Shown here: one piece after another, positions 55,808 to 64,000 of the stretch
How the letters are laid out: each line of letters starts with the position of its first letter
How positions within the stretch are numbered: the stretch's first letter is position 1
Assembly: GCA_963764165.1 (NCBI GenBank)
Contig: CAVXRD010000002.1
Location: forward strand, 896,001-960,000
Source: an uncultured Verrucomicrobiae bacterium
GTDB lineage: Bacteria; Verrucomicrobiota; Verrucomicrobiia; Limisphaerales; Palsa-1400
Length of the DNA: 64,000 nucleotides
Direction: 5' to 3'
Program-made: the position numbers and the translations under genes
The notes under the pieces: model-generated
What the model saw: the letters and a program-made list of their open reading frames with translations, nothing else
Told to the model about the DNA's origin: nothing
The model's database searches: none

Positions 55808-58675
55808 TTATCTGGCAGCCCGCACCGCAGTGACGCATCGCCCGCATAGCAGCGGGTGTTCGGCGCAAGCGCCGACGTCCATCTCCCAATGCCAGCAGCG
55901 CTCACATTTTGTCCCCAAGGCCTTGACGGCTTCGGCGGACACGGCTCCGGCTTCCCCAGACGTGCTCAAAACGAGCTGGGACACATTTAATAATTCTCGC
56001 AACGACTCTTGTTCTTCAACGGTCAGGGTTCCTAGTTCCTGGGCCGCGCCGCTCAGTATAATCTTGGCATCCAATGCTTTGCCAATGTTTTTTGCCTGCC
56101 GTTCCTTTTCCAGGCAGGCCAGCGCGGCGGGCCGGATTTCAAAAATTTGCTTCCAAACCGCGCTCTCGCGCTCGGACAACGCAAACGGCTTCGGCTCCCA
56201 AGTCGATAAATGCACCGAGGCAGCACCGTGGCCGGGAATGAATTCCCACGCTTCGTCTGTTGTGAAAACGAGCATCGGCGAAAGAATCTGGCATAGTCCC
56301 CGCACCATGCGCCACAGGGCGGTTTGAGTGGAACGGCGCCGAAGGGAATTGGCAGCGTCGGTGTAAAGACGATCTTTCACCGCATCGTGGTAAATGGCGG
56401 AAAGTTCGACGCCGGCGAACTGGCTGACCTTCTGGTAAACGACATGGAATTCGTGGCGGTCGTATGCAGCGGCCACGTCAGTTTCCAATTTGGAAAATTC
56501 CGCCAGCACCCAGCGATCCAGCGAGGTCAATTTTTCGTCGGGCGCCGAATGCTGCGCCGGGTCGAAGTCGTATAGATTCGAGAGCTGATAGCGCAGCGTG
56601 TTGCGCAAATGGCGATACGTCTCGCCGACGGTGTTGAGACGCTCGTCGCTGACAACGATGTCGTTGCGGTAATCCTGCGAGGAGACCCAGAGGCGGACCA
56701 CGTCCGCGCCGTATTTCTTGACGTAGGCTTCGGCGGTTTGCGGTTTGTCGTAGCCGCCCTTGCCTTGCTTGCTCTTGGAAATTTTCTCGCGATCCGCGTC
56801 CACCATGAAACCGTGCGTCAACACAGTTTTGAACGGTGCCGCGCCGTTGCCGGCCAGCGAGAGCAGGAGCGAGGATTGGAACCAGCCGCGATGCTGGTCG
56901 CTGCCTTCGAGATAAATGTCCGCCTGGAACGGTTTTCCCGCTCCGCGAATTTCCTCCCGGCGCGCGATCACGGCCCGCGACGAACTTCCCGAATCGATCC
57001 ACACGTCGAGCGTGTCGACGGATTTGGTCGCGGCTTCCGCGCCCTTCCAATTTTGCGGACGCACGAGGGGCCACAATTCGGCCACTGGCTTTTCAAACCA
57101 AACGTTCGAGCCGTGCTGATCAATCAGCGCTGCCGTGGCTCGGACGATTTCAGCGTCAAGCATAGGTTCGCCCGTGCTGTCATAAAACGCCGGGATCGGC
57201 ACGCCCCATGTGCGCTGCCGGGAAATGCACCAATCCGGCCGCGATTCCACCGCGCCTTTGATCCGGTTGACGCCCCAATCCGGAATCCATTTGACGCGGT
57301 CGATTTCGGCGAGTGCCTGCTGCCGGAAATTCTCGTGGTCAATTTTGATGAACCATTGATCCATCGCGCGAAAAATGATGGGCGTCTTGCTGCGCCAGCA
57401 ATGCGGGTAACTGTGGCGGTAATCCTCCAATTTCAACAGCGCCCGCTTCCGGCGCAGCGTGTCAAGAACAATTTCGTTCGCGTCGCTTTTGCCATTCTTG
57501 GCGAGGATGGACTTGCCCAGCATCTCAGCGGGCATCTGCTGTTCCACCGGCAATTCGTTGGAGTAGGCGAATGCGCCGTCATCGTTGACGGGCGAGTAAA
57601 TCGCCAATCCATTTTGGCGGCCGAGATTGTAGTCGTCCAACCCGTGGCCCGGCGCGATATGCACGAAGCCCGTTCCTGCGTCGGCGGTGACAAAAGAATC
57701 ACCGGCGTAAAGTTTGCCCCAGCGCTCGATGAACGGATGTTTATAACTCAAATGCAGGAACGATGCGCCCGCATAGCGTGTGTCAGCAATTTTCGCGCTT
57801 TTCAGCTCCGCTTTGTCGATGAGATTTTGCGCGAGCGCGGTCGCGACGAGCAAATACTCCACGCCGTCTTCGGTCAGGTGTTCGACGAAGCAGTAAGTCA
57901 GATTGCTATTGAACGCGACCGCCAAATTAGCCGGAAGCGTCCACGGCGTGGTCGTCCAGATGACGACATACGCGTTGTCGGGAATGAGGCCGCGCGTTTC
58001 CGGCGCGGATTTCTCAACGTCAATGCGAAATTTTACAAAGATGCTCTGGCTGACGTGATCGGCATATTCGACTTCCGCCTCGGCCAGCGCGGTGCGGCAC
58101 GGGATGCTCCAGTAAACCGGCTTTTTGCCGCGATACACAAAGCCTTTTTCCACGATGTCCGCAAACAGCCGCAACTCGTCCGCCTCGTAAGCCTTGTTCA
58201 GCGTGAGATACGGATGCTCCCAATCACCCAGCACGCCGAGGCGCTTGAATTGCGTGCGCTGGAGATCGATGTATTTGCGGGCATACGCCTCGCAGGCCGT
58301 GCGAATGCTCGCGGCATCGGCGGCGGTGTTGCCGGCTTTGCGCATTTCCTGCGAAACTTTGAATTCGATGGGCAAACCGTGGCAATCCCAGCCGGGAATG
58401 TAGGGCGCCTCGAAATCGCGCAGGCTTTTGTACTTGATGACGAGGTCCTTGAGAATCTTGTTCAGCGCGGTGCCGATGTGGACATCGCCATTGGCGAAAG
58501 GCGGCCCGTCGTGCAGGACGAAGCGAGTTTTTCCCGCGCGCGCCGCCTGGATTTTTTGGTAGAGCTGGCTGCTTTCCCACTGCTGAAGACGCTGCGGCTC
58601 GCGCTCGACCAATCCCGCCTTCATGGCGAAACCGGTGCGCGGCAGGTTCAACGTATCTTTATAGTCCGTCGTCAT
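55808..58675 (-). CDS. ileS: Isoleucine--tRNA ligase (type 1, C-terminal Zn finger)
   Basis: LHDGPPFANG, PGWDCHGLP, WTTTPWTLP, DWCISRQR, EGSDQHRGWF, KCERCW...CGRC. Confidence 0.97.
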   Translation of the reverse strand: MTTDYKDTLNLPRTGFAMKAGLVEREPQRLQQWESSQLYQKIQAARAGKTRFVLHDGPPFANGDVHIGTALNKILKDLVIKYKSLRDFEAPYIPGWDCHGLPIEFKVSQEMRKAGNTAADAASIRTACEAYARKYIDLQRTQFKRLGVLGDWEHPYLTLNKAYEADELRLFADIVEKGFVYRGKKPVYWSIPCRTALAEAEVEYADHVSQSIFVKFRIDVEKSAPETRGLIPDNAYVVIWTTTPWTLPANLAVAFNSNLTYCFVEHLTEDGVEYLLVATALAQNLIDKAELKSAKIADTRYAGASFLHLSYKHPFIERWGKLYAGDSFVTADAGTGFVHIAPGHGLDDYNLGRQNGLAIYSPVNDDGAFAYSNELPVEQQMPAEMLGKSILAKNGKSDANEIVLDTLRRKRALLKLEDYRHSYPHCWRSKTPIIFRAMDQWFIKIDHENFRQQALAEIDRVKWIPDWGVNRIKGAVESRPDWCISRQRTWGVPIPAFYDSTGEPMLDAEIVRATAALIDQHGSNVWFEKPVAELWPLVRPQNWKGAEAATKSVDTLDVWIDSGSSSRAVIARREEIRGAGKPFQADIYLEGSDQHRGWFQSSLLLSLAGNGAAPFKTVLTHGFMVDADREKISKSKQGKGGYDKPQTAEAYVKKYGADVVRLWVSSQDYRNDIVVSDERLNTVGETYRHLRNTLRYQLSNLYDFDPAQHSAPDEKLTSLDRWVLAEFSKLETDVAAAYDRHEFHVVYQKVSQFAGVELSAIYHDAVKDRLYTDAANSLRRRSTQTALWRMVRGLCQILSPMLVFTTDEAWEFIPGHGAASVHLSTWEPKPFALSERESAVWKQIFEIRPAALACLEKERQAKNIGKALDAKIILSGAAQELGTLTVEEQESLRELLNVSQLVLSTSGEAGAVSAEAVKALGTKCERCWHWEMDVGACAEHPLLCGRCVTAVRAAR

Positions 58676-58832
58676 TTTGGATTCCGTGCGATAACGATAA
58701 TAGCGCCGCAGGAATCCAACGACTCATGCGGCGGCGCACAGTTTAAGCCATCCCAGCCCCGCCGCAAAGCGATAGTTTTGGCAATCCGAGGCAGCGGGTG
58801 CAACGAGAAGCGGGTGATGCGCACAGGCATTT

Positions 58833-58971
58833 GGCGCGGCTGTGTCAAAGACCAGCCGCAGCCACGTGGAATTGACCGACGCGCCTGGAGGGGCAACGCG
58901 CTGCGGCTGGTCTTCGACACAACCGCGCTCCGACCAAAGGGCTGCGTCCCTCGCCCGCTTCTAATCACACC
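58833..58971. repeat. Palindromic REP/MITE-like element, copy 2
   Basis: Near-identical to 18268-18403, including the spacer ACGTGGAATTGACCGACGCGCCTGGAGGG and the tail. Confidence 0.9.
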
Positions 58972-59128
58972 GCAACGACGCCGCATTTCGATTCGCATTC
59001 GAAGCTGTCAACTATTGCCCGTCGCACCGTGTCTTCGCTTAACTCTTTTCAAGGCAGCCCCCCGCGAAAAGCCGTTCCAATTTGCCGATTGGCTTTGCGC
59101 CGAGAATCCGTATTCTATCGGCCACTCT

Positions 59129-61894
59129 ATGAACGAAGAAGTGTCACCCAAACAAAAAAAGTTCAGGACCAGTTTGCTTTTGCTGCTGTTGCTGCTCGGC
59201 GGGTCATTGGCCGTCCTGTGCCACGAGGGCTTCAAGCCTTACGAGGTTTTCTGGAACAACGACCTGCCGATGAGCGCATTGATGGAAAGCTCATCGCGGC
59301 TGCCCGCTTCGTTTCTTGGCAGTTGGGCGGATTATTACTGGCTCGGCGGGGCGACTGCCGCATTTCCCCCTACGCTGTCAAACATGAGCCTGGCCATTTT
59401 TTCACCGGTCCACCAATACAAATTCTACACACCATGCAGCATGTTATTCCTCGGCTTCGGCGCGTGGTTTTTCTTCCGGCAATTGCGGTTCAGCACCATG
59501 GCGTGCGTCATTGGCGGGCTCGGAGCCGGGTTGAACATGCACTTTTTCTCCAACGCCTGCTGGGGGCTGGGGGCGTGGGAAGTTTCGTGCGGCCTGACTT
59601 TTATCGCGCTCGGCATCCTCGTCAGTCCAGGCATCGGGAAGCTCTGGATCAAAGCGGTGCTGGCGGGGTTGTGCGTCGGCATGGCAGTCATGGAGGGCAA
59701 TGACGTCGGGGCGATCTTTAGCATTTACGTCGCCATTTTTCTCCTGTTCCGATTCGTCGTGACGGATGCCAATCCGGCCGCAGGCGCGGGCAAGGCGGTT
59801 TACGTTGGTCTTATTTTGGTGCTGGCCGCGCTGCTGATTTCCCTCAGCACCCTCTCCACGCTGATTGGCACGCAAATGACCGGCACGGTCGGCGGCGGTC
59901 AAAGTGAAGCGGAAAAACGGGCGGCTTGGGATCACAACACCCAGTGGAGCATCCCCAAGATCGAAACCCTCCGCATGTTCATCCCCGGCCTCTTCGGCTA
60001 CCGGCTGGACATGTACACTACTTCGACCAATCCAGCGACTTACTATTGGGGAAGAATCGCCGAAGACCCGACGGTGGGTGAATTGGAAGACAGCGATCCA
60101 GTCGTGCGCAGCAATGCGGTGGCCGCCATTCCGGCTTCGCCCCAGATGCTTGCGCAAATTCAGACGATCATGGCGGGCAATGACCTGTCGGCGCGTCAAA
60201 GCCTCATCGACCAGGTGAAAGGGGCGCTGCAGCGACGCCATACAGGGAGCGGCGAATACACGGGATTGCTGGTCTGCATTCTCGCGGTGTTCGGGTTGGT
60301 CAACGCGTTTCGGAAAACCGGCTCGCCTTACACGCTAGTCGAGCGCCGCATGGTGTTTTTCTGGGGCGCGGTGGCGCTGTTCTCACTGCTGGCGGCCTGG
60401 GGCAGATATGGATTTGTTTACGCTCTCATCTATCACCTCCCGCTGGTGGCCAATTTCCGAAATCCGATGAAATACATGCATCCGCTGAATGTCTGCATGA
60501 TGATTCTGGCCGCCTACGGATTGGAAGCAATGAGCCGCAAGTATTTGACAGGCGCAAAGGACCAAGTGGCAAGCTGGTGGCAGCGGGTCACAAAGTTCGA
60601 GCTCTGGTGGGCCGGGGGCTGCGCGATCTTTTTCGCCCTCGGCGTGGTCGGCTATTTCGAGATGGCCTCGTCGAGAACGCAGCTGATCAACCATCTTGAG
60701 CACAATGGATTCGACATCACGTCCTCCCCTGCTATCGCGGATTTCTCGATTGGCGAAGTGGGTTGGTTCCTCGTTTACGCCGCTGTTTCATTCGCGGTGA
60801 TATTTGGGATCCTGCTCGGATTCTTCTCGGGCAAAAAGGCCGCTGTGGCGTGGACGCTTCTTTCCATCATCATGATTTGCGATTTGTCGCGGGCGGATGC
60901 CCCGTGGGTCCGTTACTACAACTACAAGGAAAAGATCGGCTTGAATCCGGTCACGGAGCTTTTGCAAAAAGAGCCGTGGGAGCATCGCGTCAATTCACGA
61001 GTGTGGCCGGCCGGAGCTTACATGACGCAGGAGCTTACCTATCTGTGCCATTGGTGGCTCGAGAACGATTATCCGTTCCACGACATTCAATCGCTGGAAA
61101 TCGACCAAGCGCCTCGCATGCCAATACTTGACAACAGATACCTTGGGCTGTTCGCGGGGATCTCCGATCATGACCTTTCGCCAGCCACCCGGCTGTGGAG
61201 GCTGACCAACACCCGTTATCTGGTGGCGGGCTACAATTGGGTCGAAGGCCTCAACCAGCTCGGGCAGCCGAAGAACAGCTTCCGCCCCGTGATGCGCCTG
61301 AACCTTGTCAACAAACCTGGCATAACCGTTCCGGAAGATTCAGGCGACCGCACGCTTCTGCCCGCCGACGATGGCCAATATGCCTTGATCGAATACACCG
61401 CGGCATTGCCCCGCGTGAAGCTCTATTCGGATTGGAAGGTTGTCGACGACGAAACCGCGCTGCGCACGCTCGGCTCGGCGGCGTTCGAGCCGGCAAATTC
61501 GGTCTTGGTGGCCAAGGATACGCCGGTGACCGGCTCGACAACGAACACTGTGACGAACGCCGATCCCGGCACGGTGAAAATCACGCAATACCAACCCAAA
61601 CATATCGTCATGGATGCCGACGCGAAGACTTCCGCCGTGCTCCTGCTCAATGATCGAACCGGAGATTCCTGGGAGGTCACCGTGGACGGCCAGCCCGCTC
61701 CGTTCCTGCGCTGCAATTATATTATGCAGGGGACGTTCCTGCCAGCGGGCCATCACAACGTGGAATTCCGCTATCGTCCGCCGCTGAAATTGCTGGCCGT
61801 TAGTTTGACAGCCTTCGCCCTCGGCTTGGTGCTTGCGGGCTGCGTCATCGTGACAAATTTCAGGCGCAAGCCTGATGAGGAGGCGGTCGTCTAA
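59129..61894 (+). CDS. YfhO-like polytopic membrane protein (GT-C-type glycosyltransferase-like)
   Basis: Many TM helices; FRNPMK; C-terminal VLLLNDR...WEVTVDG...RCNYIMQG..LPAGHHNVEFRY. The true start is MNEEVS, not 56609. Confidence 0.8.
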   Translation: MNEEVSPKQKKFRTSLLLLLLLLGGSLAVLCHEGFKPYEVFWNNDLPMSALMESSSRLPASFLGSWADYYWLGGATAAFPPTLSNMSLAIFSPVHQYKFYTPCSMLFLGFGAWFFFRQLRFSTMACVIGGLGAGLNMHFFSNACWGLGAWEVSCGLTFIALGILVSPGIGKLWIKAVLAGLCVGMAVMEGNDVGAIFSIYVAIFLLFRFVVTDANPAAGAGKAVYVGLILVLAALLISLSTLSTLIGTQMTGTVGGGQSEAEKRAAWDHNTQWSIPKIETLRMFIPGLFGYRLDMYTTSTNPATYYWGRIAEDPTVGELEDSDPVVRSNAVAAIPASPQMLAQIQTIMAGNDLSARQSLIDQVKGALQRRHTGSGEYTGLLVCILAVFGLVNAFRKTGSPYTLVERRMVFFWGAVALFSLLAAWGRYGFVYALIYHLPLVANFRNPMKYMHPLNVCMMILAAYGLEAMSRKYLTGAKDQVASWWQRVTKFELWWAGGCAIFFALGVVGYFEMASSRTQLINHLEHNGFDITSSPAIADFSIGEVGWFLVYAAVSFAVIFGILLGFFSGKKAAVAWTLLSIIMICDLSRADAPWVRYYNYKEKIGLNPVTELLQKEPWEHRVNSRVWPAGAYMTQELTYLCHWWLENDYPFHDIQSLEIDQAPRMPILDNRYLGLFAGISDHDLSPATRLWRLTNTRYLVAGYNWVEGLNQLGQPKNSFRPVMRLNLVNKPGITVPEDSGDRTLLPADDGQYALIEYTAALPRVKLYSDWKVVDDETALRTLGSAAFEPANSVLVAKDTPVTGSTTNTVTNADPGTVKITQYQPKHIVMDADAKTSAVLLLNDRTGDSWEVTVDGQPAPFLRCNYIMQGTFLPAGHHNVEFRYRPPLKLLAVSLTAFALGLVLAGCVIVTNFRRKPDEEAVV

Positions 61895-61905
61895 GGCTGC
61901 CGACG

Positions 61906-62535
61906 ATGTCAGGCGGCGTTTCATTTTACACACGCGTGGCCATCCTGGCAGGGTTGATGATTATCGCCGGAGCGGTGGATGTTCGGGTGCGGGGGAAAGA
62001 CGCAGTCAGGCCGCGCGAATATCTGTTCATTTGCGCCGCGGTCCTGCTGGGCGGTGTGGTGGGATTTGCGAACGATTGCATCACGTCCACCATTTCGCCG
62101 GATTATTTTATCACAGGCAAGGGGCTGGAAGGCGGCGGCGGACTTCGGTGGCGAGCGGGTGAATTGGGATTTCAATCCGGCCTGTCAGCGGGAGCCATCG
62201 GCGGCTCGCTTTGCCTTTTTCTTCGACCGCGGCGACTGGGTTTTTCCTGGCGTCAATGCCGCGAATTGTTTTGCGGCCTTTGGATTCCGGCTGTCGCAGC
62301 AATCGCGTCGGGGGCCATGATGCCGCTGATTGCGGGCCATGCGGACCCGATGAAATTCTCATCCTCATTAACCCCGCTGCTGTCAACGGAACAACTTGCG
62401 AAATTTACTGAAGTTTGGTGGATGCACACCGGGCTCTACGTGGGTTTGGGAATCGGGCTTTTAGTCGTCATCATCCACCAAAGGCGCAAGCCCGGCTCAA
62501 CTCGGCAGGGCGAGACTCTGTCGAGCCCTGATTAA
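61906..62535 (+). CDS. Hypothetical membrane protein
   Basis: 209 aa with several hydrophobic helices, co-oriented 11 nt after the previous gene. Confidence 0.65.
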   Translation: MSGGVSFYTRVAILAGLMIIAGAVDVRVRGKDAVRPREYLFICAAVLLGGVVGFANDCITSTISPDYFITGKGLEGGGGLRWRAGELGFQSGLSAGAIGGSLCLFLRPRRLGFSWRQCRELFCGLWIPAVAAIASGAMMPLIAGHADPMKFSSSLTPLLSTEQLAKFTEVWWMHTGLYVGLGIGLLVVIIHQRRKPGSTRQGETLSSPD

Positions 62536-62590
62536 GTTTTCCGTTGCAGCCGAAGAATCCAGAATGGGCTCGCCGGAGTCTCGCCCTGCC
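62504..62590. repeat. Inverted REP pair related to 16556-16665
   Basis: GGCAGGGCGAGACTCTGTCGAGCCC ... GGGCTCGCCGGAGTCTCGCCCTGCC. Confidence 0.8.
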
Positions 62591-62688
62591 GGGAAACTTC
62601 GGATTTCCTTGATCTTGACCGTTGCCATTGTATCGTCAGGCAGGAATTGAACTTGCCGCCGCCGCGGGCGGGCATCATTTGCTTGCAT

Positions 62689-63849
62689 ATGAAAAATCTC
62701 TGGTTCACGTCAATCGGGACAGCCACAACGATGGTTTTATGCGGCTGCAACTTTCACATCGGCACCAACGTCTCCTTTTCTTCCGGCGATCTGAAATCGA
62801 AAACAAATCTCGTCGAAACCGCGGCGATTCCCGCCAGCGTCAAATCGCTCGAGGTCGTCAATGCCTTCGGCAATGTTCGGATTATCGGATCTGATGGCGC
62901 CGCGGAGACCGGGTGGACGCAGAAACTGGAAGTGCGCGCCAAGACGGATGCGGCTCTCCAAATGGCCACCAACTTTGTGTGCCGCGCTGAACTCGACGGC
63001 GACCATTTGAAACTCATTGTCTCCACGCCAAACATTTCCGAGCCCCATAGCTTCCAATCCGAATTGGAAATTTCCATTCCGAAATCCGTCTCGGTTAAAA
63101 TGCGCAATCAATATGGCCGCAGCGATATCAAAGACATCAACAGCACCGTCGACGCGGCATCGCAATTTGGCGAGATGCGCCTCGGCGACATCAGCGGAAC
63201 GGTGCGCGCGGAAACATCGTATGGCTCGATGGTCATCGGACGCACCGGCGCCGCCAAGTTGCGGAATTCATTTGGCGCGATTGACGCGGCGGAAATTCGC
63301 GGCTCGCTGGAAGCCGAAACGAGTTACGGCCCGCTCGACGCGCGGGACATCGACGGCACAGTCAAGGCGCACAACCAATTCGGGCGCGTCCGCGTCGAGA
63401 AGGCCGGCCAGGCGGATTTGAAAACATCGTATGGCGACCTGAGCGCCAAACAAATCAAAGGCGATGCCCTCTTGATTAACCGATTTGGCCGCGTTGATGC
63501 GAACGACATCACAGGCTCAGTCAAGGCGGAGACTTCCTACGGGCCGATGGATATAGCGGGGCCGGGAACCAATTTTATATGTGACAACCAGTTTGGCAGT
63601 CTATCCGTGCGCGCGACCTCCTCGGTTTCCAACCTCGAGGCGCACACCAGTTACGCGAAATTGGAAGTGAGGCTGCCCTCCTCGGTGAAGCCGTTCGTCC
63701 AGGCCCACACCAGCTACGGAGATATTGATTCGGATTTTCCGATGATTGTGAAACCGCACGGGAAGGGCATTCCGGCGGACGATTCTCCCAGCGGCCCGCG
63801 AGTCGATTTGCGCAACCAGAACGGAAACATCCGCGTGGTGCGGGAATAG
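62689..63849 (+). CDS. DUF4097-like beta-strand-repeat lipoprotein
   Basis: Lipobox-like LCGC; alternating TSYG and NQFG repeats. Confidence 0.8.
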   Translation: MKNLWFTSIGTATTMVLCGCNFHIGTNVSFSSGDLKSKTNLVETAAIPASVKSLEVVNAFGNVRIIGSDGAAETGWTQKLEVRAKTDAALQMATNFVCRAELDGDHLKLIVSTPNISEPHSFQSELEISIPKSVSVKMRNQYGRSDIKDINSTVDAASQFGEMRLGDISGTVRAETSYGSMVIGRTGAAKLRNSFGAIDAAEIRGSLEAETSYGPLDARDIDGTVKAHNQFGRVRVEKAGQADLKTSYGDLSAKQIKGDALLINRFGRVDANDITGSVKAETSYGPMDIAGPGTNFICDNQFGSLSVRATSSVSNLEAHTSYAKLEVRLPSSVKPFVQAHTSYGDIDSDFPMIVKPHGKGIPADDSPSGPRVDLRNQNGNIRVVRE

Positions 63850-64000
63850 GCCGTTGTCATTGAGCGAAAGGCGGGCAGGCGCTTGAGGAACAAGTGTTTT
63901 ATGGGAAAATTCCCGTGTGACGACTGTTGCCAAAGCTGATAAAAGCCGGCTGACCATTCGGGGTTTGGTGGATGGCCAGCACTGCATTGTCCGCGAACAG

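Noticed and set aside
56609..59128. 1761-aa giant ORF
   Set aside because: Most of the first 840 codons are the antisense shadow of ileS, followed by an intergenic REP; the real gene starts at 59129.

Overview
Chromosomal window of a Verrucomicrobiota bacterium; the 16S sequence and gene style resemble Pedosphaerales/subdivision 3 (my recognition, no search run). The backbone holds ptsI, tmk, cysS, murA, cinA, a full rRNA operon on the minus strand (16S-tRNA-Ala-tRNA-Ile-23S-5S), bioD, an ABC exporter, hpnD, a sigma-54 two-component pair, coaC, a hybrid kinase and ileS, plus secreted proteins and many REP-like palindromes. Positions ~3.9-9.1 kb are a decayed mobile/defence hotspot. It contains an antitoxin with a truncated doc broken at a Xer-like dyad, an HTH replication gene with an origin-like site, a gene carrying eleven phased 10-bp repeats, a truncated BrxA-like gene, a tRNA-Gly att fragment with arm-type repeats, hicBA pseudogenes and an intact vapBC. 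The best candidate for an undescribed system is at 4416-5023: a putative BECR-fold RNase gene faces a ~90-nt RNA with its own promoter, a three-way-junction fold and a shared terminator, suggesting an RNA-antitoxin/protein-toxin module. Other points: an IS1182 inserted in a REP loop, a GH42 lacking its acid/base Glu, a Cys-to-Asp MurA, an ArdC-like gene coupled into the ileS gene run, and two diverged copies of a ~100-bp iteron-like element. Three single-base frameshifts are probably assembly errors. All protein family calls are from motif recognition.
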